From: Clostridia bacterium
GTDB taxonomy: Bacteria > Bacillota > Clostridia > TANB77 > CAG-465
Assembly: GCA_017549425.1 (NCBI GenBank)
Contig: JAFYUV010000017.1
Span: forward strand, 244,007 to 308,006
Reading direction: 5' to 3'
DNA length: 64,000 bases
In this document: positions 40,126-48,999 of the stretch, piece after piece
How the letters are laid out: every line of letters starts with the position of its first letter
Position numbering within the stretch: the stretch's first letter is position 1
Program-made: the position numbers and the translations under genes
The notes under the pieces: generated by a model
Told to the model about the DNA's origin: nothing
The model's input: the letters and a program-made list of their open reading frames with translations, nothing else
Database searches by the model: none

Positions 40126-40635
40126 TTATTTAGGAAAGCCATACGAATTAGTAATTTTATCTAAAAATAACTGAATATGTGGTGGATATATCGTAAGTAG
40201 TGAAAACATTATCAAAAATATTATATGTAAAGTAATTCCAAGCTTTTCGTATTTGTATAAGAAATTATTATTTGCATATATATACATTATAGAAAAAGCA
40301 AAAAACATAGAAAGTATGTAAGATGTTATGTCTATAAACATACTTTCTATTTGTATTTTCTTTAATGTATAGTGAATAAACAGAAGTAGAATAGAAGGTA
40401 TTAGGAAAGATATACTGGATGCAATAAAAATATTCTTGTATTTAAAAAATATTTTAGAGATGACAGCAAATGTTAATAAGGGTATATATATTAGTTTTAT
40501 GTGTTCCCATATACTTTCGTTTACAGGAGTAAATAATCCAATAATAAATGTATTATTGGATATATCATATGCGAAGTGTAATAATGTCCCTAGTAGTATT
40601 GCAATAATGCAAGAGATTACAAATTTCTTTTTCAT
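40126..40635 (-). CDS. DUF6512-like membrane protein
   Basis: GTLLHFAY...PVNESIWEHIKL motif. Confidence 0.7.
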   Translation of the reverse strand: MKKKFVISCIIAILLGTLLHFAYDISNNTFIIGLFTPVNESIWEHIKLIYIPLLTFAVISKIFFKYKNIFIASSISFLIPSILLLFIHYTLKKIQIESMFIDITSYILSMFFAFSIMYIYANNNFLYKYEKLGITLHIIFLIMFSLLTIYPPHIQLFLDKITNSYGFPK

Positions 40636-40695
40636 AATTACAGTATAACAGAAAAAACAAGAGAAAAACTTTTAGATACTTTTTCTCTTGTTTTT

Positions 40696-40980
40696 TTACA
40701 ATTTTAGTATGTTAGTTGTTAAAAGGTAAAATATAGTCATTATGTTTAGAATAAAAATAACAGGAACGCCTACGGTAAATATTAGTTTTTTCGTTTTATG
40801 TCTTACAGTATACATTCCAATATATACTCCTAAACTGGCTCCTAAAAAACATAATATGAATATAAATTTTTCACTAGTTCTATACATATTCTTCTGCGCT
40901 TTTTTCTTATCTATAACCATAGTAAAAAATCCAATTAAGTTTATACTTAATAAATAGATTAAAAATTTTATCATATTCAT
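40696..40980 (-). CDS. DUF1294 membrane protein
   Basis: DKKKAQ...RTSEK...GMYTVRHKTKK. Confidence 0.85.
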   Translation of the reverse strand: MNMIKFLIYLLSINLIGFFTMVIDKKKAQKNMYRTSEKFIFILCFLGASLGVYIGMYTVRHKTKKLIFTVGVPVIFILNIMTIFYLLTTNILKL

Positions 40981-41026
40981 TCACCATAAATATTATATAA
41001 TATAATTTTTAAAACTCAATAAATTT

Positions 41027-41371
41027 TTATTCTTTATTTGGCAAATAATAATCTATGACAGCGTAAATTAGAGCCGCTACAATTGTAGATAATAGCGATA
41101 TAAAATATCCAGAAACGAAAAATTGAGTCATGTATAATATAATGGCACAAGAAACAAAACTTACAATTGAGCGTGGCAAAGGCAGGTCATGTATTCCAGT
41201 AAAAGTAGCTACAATATAATCTAAAAACACAATAAAAAAAGAAAATAGAAGTAGGATAGGAAAAGCAGAAAAATTAAAGTTTGGTGTGAAAAAAATTGTT
41301 ACAAAAAATATTAATGCTGCAGTTATATATTTAATTGTTAATTGTTTTAATCTAATATTATTTTTTTTCAT
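41027..41371 (-). CDS. Four-TM membrane protein (holin-4/YvlD-like)
   Basis: Hydrophobic; start reassigned to ATG 41371 after AAGGAAG. Confidence 0.55.
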   Translation of the reverse strand: MKKNNIRLKQLTIKYITAALIFFVTIFFTPNFNFSAFPILLLFSFFIVFLDYIVATFTGIHDLPLPRSIVSFVSCAIILYMTQFFVSGYFISLLSTIVAALIYAVIDYYLPNKE

Positions 41372-41452
41372 ATTTACTTCCTTTAAATTAAAGTTATTAT
41401 TTGTATAATTTGAACAGTTTATGCAAAAAATATTAAACAAGTGGAGGAAAAC

Positions 41453-42094
41453 ATGTTAGTAGTTTTTTTTAGAGCAATAATATTATTTTCAGTTGTTTTT
41501 ATAGTAATTCGTTTAATGGGAAAAAGAGAATTATCTAAAGTTCAACCTTTTGAGTTGGCAATTATAGTGATGATTTCTGACCTCGCTTCAGGGCCAATGT
41601 CTTCAAGAGATATGTCTACATTTTCAGGAATAATACCAATTCTTGCTATGCTTGTAATATATATAATTGTTACAACACTGTTGCAATCTAGAAAAAAAGT
41701 AGAAAAGATTTTGTGTGGAACCCCGTCTTTAATAATATTTAAAGGAAAAGTTATAGAGGAAGAATTTAAAAAGCAACAATTAACTATAGAAGAAATAATG
41801 GAGCAGTTAAGAGAAGTAGGAATTTTTAAAATACAGGATACAGCGTACGCCATACTTGAAACTAGTGGCAAGTTAAATGCTATAAAAACAAGCGAAGAAG
41901 TAGGGCAAATGCCACTAAATGTAATAAGTGAAGGTGAATATCTAGAAGATAATATGAGAATATTAAAAATGAAAAAAGAAGATGTAGATAAGTTACTTAA
42001 AGCTAAAAATGTAAAATTAAAAGAAGTGTTAGTAGGAACCATAGATGAAACAGGAAAGTTTGTATACCAGAAAAGCGAAGGTGATAAAAAGTGA
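41453..42094 (+). CDS. DUF421 (YetF/YrbG-like) membrane protein
   Basis: RLMGKRELSKVQPFEL, AILETSGKL. Confidence 0.88.
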   Translation: MLVVFFRAIILFSVVFIVIRLMGKRELSKVQPFELAIIVMISDLASGPMSSRDMSTFSGIIPILAMLVIYIIVTTLLQSRKKVEKILCGTPSLIIFKGKVIEEEFKKQQLTIEEIMEQLREVGIFKIQDTAYAILETSGKLNAIKTSEEVGQMPLNVISEGEYLEDNMRILKMKKEDVDKLLKAKNVKLKEVLVGTIDETGKFVYQKSEGDKK

Positions 42095-42471
42095 AGCAAA
42101 TTTGTATATTATGCATTACTTTAGCTGTTATAATTGGGTTAAATATATTTCAAAATACTTATTTAGATAGAAGTGGAGAAAATTTAAAAAATATAACAGA
42201 AGAAATAATACTTTGTATAGAGAAAGAAAATTATTCTATGTTAAATAATAAAATTAATAAATTAGAAGAAAATTGGGAAAAGGATAAATCTATATGGGAT
42301 GTTTTAACTGAACACGATGATGTAGAAGAGGTTGAATCAAGTATAGCTAGTCTTAAAGCCTATGCTAAAATTCAAATTAAAAGTGAAAGTTTAAATGAAT
42401 GTTTCATTTTAAAGCAAAGAATAGAACACATACTAGAAAATGAAAAAGTATCACTTTCAAACATTTTCTAG
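42091..42471 (+). CDS. DUF4363-family protein
   Basis: N-terminal TM, W...EHDDVEEV, E.VSLSNIF ending; follows DUF421. Confidence 0.75.
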   Translation: MKQICILCITLAVIIGLNIFQNTYLDRSGENLKNITEEIILCIEKENYSMLNNKINKLEENWEKDKSIWDVLTEHDDVEEVESSIASLKAYAKIQIKSESLNECFILKQRIEHILENEKVSLSNIF

Positions 42472-42483
42472 TATGCAAACCAT

Positions 42484-43362
42484 CTAATTTACCTGAACAA
42501 TATTATCTAGTTCTTGCTTTAACAATTCGTGAGTATTAAGAGATACTGTAGTTAGAGGAAGTCTTGGGTTGCCAACGAAAAAGCCAAGTAGATTTAGGGC
42601 GTCTTTAACTGGCATTGGATTTACTTCTGAAAACAAAGCTTTTATTAATCCCGCAAACTTTATTTGTAAATCTCTTGCATATTTTACATCTCCGTCATAA
42701 TAAGCTTTACACATCATATGTACTTCTTTTGGAAATAGGTTAGACAATACAGAGATAACTCCTGTTCCGCCAATGGCCAAAAGTGGGACAATACTATCGT
42801 CATTGCCAGATAAAACAGCAAAATCTTTTGGAACCTTTGAAATTATTTCTAAAATTTTTGTAAAATTACCAGAAGCTTCTTTAATTCCTACAATATTATT
42901 AACCATAGCTAGTTTTGAAACTGTATCTGGCTCAATGTTAATTCCAGTTCTTGATGGAACATTATATAAAATGCACGGAATGTTCACACTATCTGCGATA
43001 GCAGTAAAATGTTCCACAAGGCCTTTTTGAGAAGTTTTGTTATAATAGGGGGTAACTAGTAGTAGTCCATCTGCGCCTACTTTTTCTGCATACTGTGACA
43101 GTTCAATAGAGCTTCTTGTGTTGTTTGTTCCAGTACCAATAATTACAGGTACTCGTTTATGTACTTTGTCTATAGCATATTTAATTAATTTTTTCTTTTC
43201 AGTAATAGTCAAAGTAGAGCTTTCACCAGTTGTTCCACAAATCACTAAACCATCAATATCATTTTCTATTTGATATTCAATTAGTTCAGAAAACACTTCA
43301 TAATTTATTTTCCCATTTTCTTTAAATGGAGTTATTAAAGCAGTAAATGCACCTTTAAACAT
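42484..43362 (-). CDS. dapA: 4-hydroxy-tetrahydrodipicolinate synthase
   Basis: GTTGES, TPYYNK, LYNVPSRTG, GIKEASG. Confidence 0.96.
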   Translation of the reverse strand: MFKGAFTALITPFKENGKINYEVFSELIEYQIENDIDGLVICGTTGESSTLTITEKKKLIKYAIDKVHKRVPVIIGTGTNNTRSSIELSQYAEKVGADGLLLVTPYYNKTSQKGLVEHFTAIADSVNIPCILYNVPSRTGINIEPDTVSKLAMVNNIVGIKEASGNFTKILEIISKVPKDFAVLSGNDDSIVPLLAIGGTGVISVLSNLFPKEVHMMCKAYYDGDVKYARDLQIKFAGLIKALFSEVNPMPVKDALNLLGFFVGNPRLPLTTVSLNTHELLKQELDNIVQVN

Positions 43363-43476
43363 AAAAACACCTCATATATTGCATAATATGCAATTAAAAT
43401 AAATATAGTGTATAAAAAGTAATAAATAGTACATAATATTACAAAAGAGAAAAATTTTATAAAAGAGGAGGTATTT

Positions 43477-43677
43477 ATGAAAATAATAAATTGTATAGCA
43501 CTAGTACTTGTAATTATAGGAGCTATAAATTGGGGATTAATAGGAGCATTTAACTTCAATTTAGTAGATTTCTTATTTGGAGTAGGAACGATGTTAAGCA
43601 GAATAATATACGGTTTAGTTGGTATAGCTGGATTATGGTCTTTAACATTCTTTGGAAGATTAACAATTGATGAATAA
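43477..43677 (+). CDS. DUF378 small membrane protein
   Basis: IIGAINWGLIG...RIIYGLVGIAGL. Confidence 0.88.
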   Translation: MKIINCIALVLVIIGAINWGLIGAFNFNLVDFLFGVGTMLSRIIYGLVGIAGLWSLTFFGRLTIDE

Positions 43678-43712
43678 AAATAAAACTGGTTTCGAAATGA
43701 AACCAGTTATTT

Positions 43713-45110
43713 TTATAATAAATCAGATAATTTTGTTATAGTTCCAGCACCAATTGTTAAAACTATATCGTTATCTTGTGCATTTTGTTTTAAATATTTT
43801 GCAATTTCTTCAAACTCTTTTATATATATTGCATTTACATTGTTTTTCTTTAATTCTTCTACAAGCATTTCAGAAGTAATTGTTCCATCAGAAATTTCTC
43901 TTGCTGCGTATATTTCTGTTACTATAACCATGTCAGCGTTAAAGAATGATGTTGCAAATTCAGGTAGTAATGTTTTTAACCTAGAGTAAGTATGTGGTTG
44001 AAATACAGCATAAACTTTATTTTTATGTTTTTCTTTTGCTGTTTGTAAAGTAGCTTTTATTTCTGTTGGGTGATGAGCATAGTCATCATATACTTCGACT
44101 GTATCATTCATAAATTTTTTAAATTCAAATCTTCTACTAGCACCGGTAAATTCTTCTAGGCCTTCTTTTGCTTTATTAATATCTATATTATTTACTAAAG
44201 CAACTCCAAGTGTTGCCAAACCATTTAATACATTGTGTTTCCCAGGAGCAGATAAATTAACGTGGCATAAAAATTTATTGTTATATATAACATCAAATTC
44301 GTAACATCCATTATTCATAAGATTTATATTATCTGCAAAAAGATTTGCATTTTTATCTGTAATAGAATAAGTTACTATATTTATATTTTTCTCTTTAAGA
44401 GACTCTTTTGTATTTTCTAGAACTTCTGTTATAACTGCGTCATCTGTATTAACAATAAGATTACCGTTATTATGAACTAAATTCATAAATTTTGAAAAAG
44501 ATTTTTTAATATTTTCTAAGTTTTTGAAATAATCTAAATGTTCTTCTTCAATATTTAATATAACGGCTGTGTTACCAGGGAAGTTTAAAAAACTATCCAC
44601 GTACTCGCAAGATTCAAGAACAAAGTATTCGTAACCACCAATTTCATAGTTTAGATTATTTAATTCTCTTAACTTTGAGCCAACGAGAACAGTTGGGTTA
44701 GTGTTTGCAAATTTTAAGGCATTAGCAACCATAGATGTGGTAGTTGTTTTTCCATGCATTCCCGCAATACATATAGGTTTTTCATATTTAGTTAATAATT
44801 TCCCTAAAAATACTGCTCTTTCAAAAGTAGGAATTTTAGCATTTATTGCAGTTACAAGTTCTAAATCTGTGTCAGGTATAGCCGCTGTATATACAACTAA
44901 ATCTGCTTTTAAAACAACTTCTGTATTTTGACCTATAGTTACAGGAATACTCTCAGATTTAACTATTTTTACCATATCATTTTCACTAATATCTGAACCT
45001 GTTACGTTATATCCAAACTTTTTCATAATTATAGCGATACCGCTCATACTAATACCGCCAATTCCAATAAAGTGTATATTTTTTATATTCTCTAAATTAA
45101 TTTCGTCCAT
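43713..45110 (-). CDS. murC: UDP-N-acetylmuramate--L-alanine ligase
   Basis: IGIGGISMSG, GMHGKTTT, DDYAHHPTE, FQPHTYSR. Confidence 0.96.
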   Translation of the reverse strand: MDEINLENIKNIHFIGIGGISMSGIAIIMKKFGYNVTGSDISENDMVKIVKSESIPVTIGQNTEVVLKADLVVYTAAIPDTDLELVTAINAKIPTFERAVFLGKLLTKYEKPICIAGMHGKTTTTSMVANALKFANTNPTVLVGSKLRELNNLNYEIGGYEYFVLESCEYVDSFLNFPGNTAVILNIEEEHLDYFKNLENIKKSFSKFMNLVHNNGNLIVNTDDAVITEVLENTKESLKEKNINIVTYSITDKNANLFADNINLMNNGCYEFDVIYNNKFLCHVNLSAPGKHNVLNGLATLGVALVNNIDINKAKEGLEEFTGASRRFEFKKFMNDTVEVYDDYAHHPTEIKATLQTAKEKHKNKVYAVFQPHTYSRLKTLLPEFATSFFNADMVIVTEIYAAREISDGTITSEMLVEELKKNNVNAIYIKEFEEIAKYLKQNAQDNDIVLTIGAGTITKLSDLL

Positions 45111-45230
45111 ATATTTCTCCTAAATCTACATCTTTATATAATATACCATAAGCATAGTGTTTATGCAATTAATTAAGCCCTTAATTTAAAATTTGCTAAA
45201 AAAAACGAATCTTTAATAGATCCGTTTATC

Positions 45231-45317
45231 TGGTGCCGGAAGTGGGACTTGAACCCACACATGGTTGCCCATACCAGATTTTGAGTCTGGCGCGTCTGCC
45301 AATTCCACCATTCCGAC
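45231..45317 (-). tRNA. tRNA-Leu (CAA)
   Basis: Anticodon arm CCAGA-CTCAAAA-TCTGG, long variable arm, TTCAAGT T-loop, encoded CCA. Confidence 0.95.
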
Positions 45318-45618
45318 GAACGCTAACATTATATCATTAGAAAATTAATTTGTAAACAATTTTACAAAAAAATGTATTAAAAGCTAATTAATATATAACG
45401 TTAGTATTAACATAAAAGAGAAACATTAATTAGAATTGTCGAAATGAGGCGACGAGTTTTTGTTGAAAAAAGGTAATTTTGGTGTTAAACTAAATGTACT
45501 TTAGATCTAAAGATTTTATTTAAAAGTATTTTAATCTGACAAAATATTAAATTCAAAAATTCAAAAAAAATTCAATTAATACAAAATATGTATAAGCTTA
45601 GACGCTTAGGAGGAAAAC

Positions 45619-46593
45619 ATGAGTAATAGTCTATTATTAAAACCTAAAATAGATGTGGTTTTTCACGCTCTATTTAGAGAAGAAAACAAAAGACTTACAG
45701 AAACATTTATATCTGATATATTAGGGAGAAAGATAAAAATAAAGACTACAGATTTAGATAGACATTTAAATATAAAAGACACAGATCAAAAACTAGGTAT
45801 TATGGATTTAAGAACAGAGCTAGAAGATGGTACAAAATGCAATATAGAAATACAATTAAAAGCGCATGAAGCTGAAATTGAAAGATTTTTATATTATTGG
45901 GCAGACACGTACTCAAGACAGTTAGAAAGAGGTGAATTATATAAAGAGCTTAATAAAACGATTAGTATTATAATATTAGACCATGAGATTGAGGCTTTAA
46001 AAGGAATAGAAGATTTGGACGTGAAATGGCATGTAAGAGAAAACAAATACGAACACAGAGCGTTGACAGACCACCTAGAAATGTGTATAATAGAGTTACC
46101 AAAAGCAAAAAGGTTATATAGTAAATTACATCAAGATAAAATCTGTCAATGGATGATGTTTTTGGATGATCCAAATCAAAAGGAGGTCTCAAAAATAATG
46201 GAAGAAAATAATGGAATAAAAGAAGCTGTTACTGAATTAAAACAAGTGAGTAATGATGAAAGGTTAAGAAGAATAACGCAATTAAAAGAAAAAAAGATTA
46301 GAGATGATCAGGCCGCTTTAGACTATGCTCTAAATCATGGATATAAAGGTGGTTTTGAAAAAGGCTTAAAAGACGGAAGAGAAGAGGGAAGGAAAGAAGG
46401 CATAAAAGAAGGCATAAAAGAAGGAATAGAACAAGGCTTGGAAAAAGGGTTAAAACAAGGAGTAGAAAAAGGTTCAAGAGGAGAAAAAATAAGAATAGCC
46501 CAAAATATGTTAAAAGAGAATATGGAAATTTTTCTTATACAAAAAATAACAGGTCTAACATTGGAAGAACTAGAAAAGATAAAAAATCATTAA
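45619..46593 (+). CDS. Rpn-family PD-(D/E)xK nuclease
   Basis: PKIDVVFHALF, MDLRTEL...NIEIQ, RFLYYW, C-terminal (E/Q)G(I/L/R)(K/E) repeats. Confidence 0.88.
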   Translation: MSNSLLLKPKIDVVFHALFREENKRLTETFISDILGRKIKIKTTDLDRHLNIKDTDQKLGIMDLRTELEDGTKCNIEIQLKAHEAEIERFLYYWADTYSRQLERGELYKELNKTISIIILDHEIEALKGIEDLDVKWHVRENKYEHRALTDHLEMCIIELPKAKRLYSKLHQDKICQWMMFLDDPNQKEVSKIMEENNGIKEAVTELKQVSNDERLRRITQLKEKKIRDDQAALDYALNHGYKGGFEKGLKDGREEGRKEGIKEGIKEGIEQGLEKGLKQGVEKGSRGEKIRIAQNMLKENMEIFLIQKITGLTLEELEKIKNH

Positions 46594-46634
46594 TAAAGAA
46601 AACCAGGTAGCAAAATTACTACCTGGTTTATTGC

Positions 46635-48476
46635 TTATTCTACTGTAACAGATTTAGCTAGATTTCTTGGCTTATCTACATCCAGACCTTTATTTTTGGA
46701 AATGTAATAACTTAAAAGTTGTAAAGGAATAATAGCTAAAATAGGAGACAGGACATCTATAATGTCCGGGATATTTATTACAGCATTAAAATTGTTTTGA
46801 GGCAGCAATTTGTTTGTTATTATCAAAGTTTTTGCTCCTCTGGTTATAACTTCATTGAAATTACTTAAAGATTTTTCTTTAAGTTCTTAGTCTGTTATAA
46901 TTCCAATAACAGTTATACCATTTTCAATTAATGCTATAGGGCCATGTTTCAATTCACCAGCTGCATAAGCGTCAGAGTGAATATATGAAATTTCTTTAAG
47001 TTTTAAAGAAGCTTCTAAAGCAGTGCAGTAATCTATTCCTCGTCCTAAGAAGTACATATCATGCTCAGTATAAACTTGAGATGCAAAATGGTTTACTTCA
47101 TCTTTATTATCTAACAAAGCCTGAACCTTAGACGGAATATCTAAAATTTCAGATTTGATTTTTTCTAGATAATCTTTCGTAGAAGTATTTAATATTTCTG
47201 CAAAGTGTATGCTCAAAATTGCAAGCATTACAATCTGAGAAGTATATGCTTTAGTAGATGCAACAGCTATTTCAGGGCCAGCGTGGGTGTACAAACAATA
47301 ATCAGCTTCTCTAGTAATAGAACTACCTATAACATTTGAGATAGCGAGTGTTTTTGCACCGTTATTTTTTGCAAGCTTCAATGCGGCTATAGTATCAGCA
47401 GTTTCACCAGATTGACTTATATAGATACATAAAGTATTTTTGTCTATTAAGGGTTTCCTGTATCTAAACTCAGAAGCAATTTCTACAATTGTTTGGATTT
47501 TGCAAAGTTGTTCAAACATATTCTTTGCAGCGAGCCCTGCATGCATTGCGGTTCCACACGCCACAATATATATTTTATTTATATTTTTCAAATAGTCATA
47601 AGAAATGTCTAAATCGTCAAAAGAACATTTACTTCCAATTGGTAGTCTAGAACCTATGGTTTCTCTAATTGAATTAGGCTGTTCAAAAATTTCCTTTAGC
47701 ATATAATCTTCGAAACCAGCTTTATCTACTGAATTAGCTGCCCATTCAATATCTTTCATAGCCTTATTGTGTATTTGCATATTATTGTCATAGAAATTTA
47801 TGCTATTTTTAAAGCATACAGCAAATTCATTATCTTCAAGTAGATAAAATTTATTTGTATATTTAAGAATAGCTGGAATGTCAGAAGCAATATAATTACT
47901 TTCTGAAGAAGTACCTATTACTAAAGGACTATCTTTTCTTGTGACAACGACTCTATCTGGATAAAGGCTAGAAATTACAGCTATTGCAAAACTTCCTTTT
48001 AAATCTTTAGCGGCAGAAACGATAGAATAAAGAAGTTTGTCTTCAGTTGGTGAATCAAAGTTTGTGTAGTAATAGTGAATCAAATTAGGAATGACTTCTG
48101 TATCAGTTTCAGACAAAAAGTTATAACCTTTAGCCTTTAAAAATTCTCTTAGTTCGTTATAGTTTTCAATAATTCCATTATGAACAACAGAAAAAGTACT
48201 TGAATTATCTGAATGGGGATGAGAATTTTCTGTAGATGGTTTGCCGTGAGTGGCCCATCTAGTATGAGCAATACCAACGCATCCATTAAATTCTTTTTGG
48301 TCAATTAGATTAGATAAATTATTGACTCTTCCAACACTTTTTTCTACAGTTATTTTGTTGTTTTCTAAAACTGCAATTCCCGCAGAGTCATACCCCCTGT
48401 ATTCAAGTGCTTTGAGTCCATCAATCAAAATATTTTTGGCTCTTTCGTTGCCAATATAGCCAACAATTCCACACAT
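46635..48476 (-). CDS. glmS: Glutamine--fructose-6-phosphate aminotransferase with one in-frame TAA (46887-46889)
   Basis: MCGIVG, HTRWATHG, SQSGETADT, ELKHGP; same frame continues after TAA to PRNLAKSVTVE. Confidence 0.93.
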
Positions 48477-48533
48477 AAAAACCTCCAAATAAATAATAAA
48501 ATTTATATAAGAAGTATTGTAAATATTATAGTT

Positions 48534-48675
48534 ACCTTATTAGATTTGTAATAAATGTCGCCATTTATTTTTGCTAATATTTAAGGGTAGTAACTGTACC
48601 CAGAAACCATCCGCCGAATTTTTCGATAAGTTTCTTCCTCGTCAACATATATATTATATGTTCTGGCGCTTAAAA
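48534..48675 (-). ncRNA. glmS ribozyme
   Basis: Minus strand AGCGCCAGAAC...GTTGACGAGG...TTATCGAA...TCGGCGGATG upstream of glmS. Confidence 0.93.
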
Positions 48676-48851
48676 AATCTCCTTTCTTCCAAAATTTAAT
48701 ATTATACAATACATTTATATTATATATTTTTCTCCACTAAATATTAATTGTGAAATATAATTTAAATCTAAAACATTATACCATAAAAATTAAATATTGC
48801 AACTTTGTACAAAATGCAGTATTTAAATTAGACTCTTAGTATATATATGTG

Positions 48852-48880
48852 TTGCAAAGTTAAATTTTGTATTGTATAAT
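48852..48880 (+). promoter_or_regulatory. Sigma-A promoter of pnp
   Basis: TTGCAA-17-TATAAT. Confidence 0.7.
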
Positions 48881-48999
48881 ATACATAGCTTTTTCGGGGA
48901 GTATGTAGTAATAACTTGTGAGAAGTAAAGTTACTTTTTAGAAGTTATTACTTCACCTTGAAAAAGACTAAATGTTTTAATATTTAAGGAGGAAATTTT

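Noticed and set aside
41027-41371. Holin-like gene as phage evidence
   Set aside because: It sits among chromosomal membrane-protein genes with no endolysin.
46340-46480. Tandem AAAGAAGGCATA-like repeats as CRISPR or VNTR
   Set aside because: They encode the usual Rpn C-terminal repeats; no spacers or cas genes are seen anywhere in the window.
46887-46889. TAA stop-codon reassignment
   Set aside because: Most intact genes here end in TAA; only glmS and a decayed region show internal TAA.
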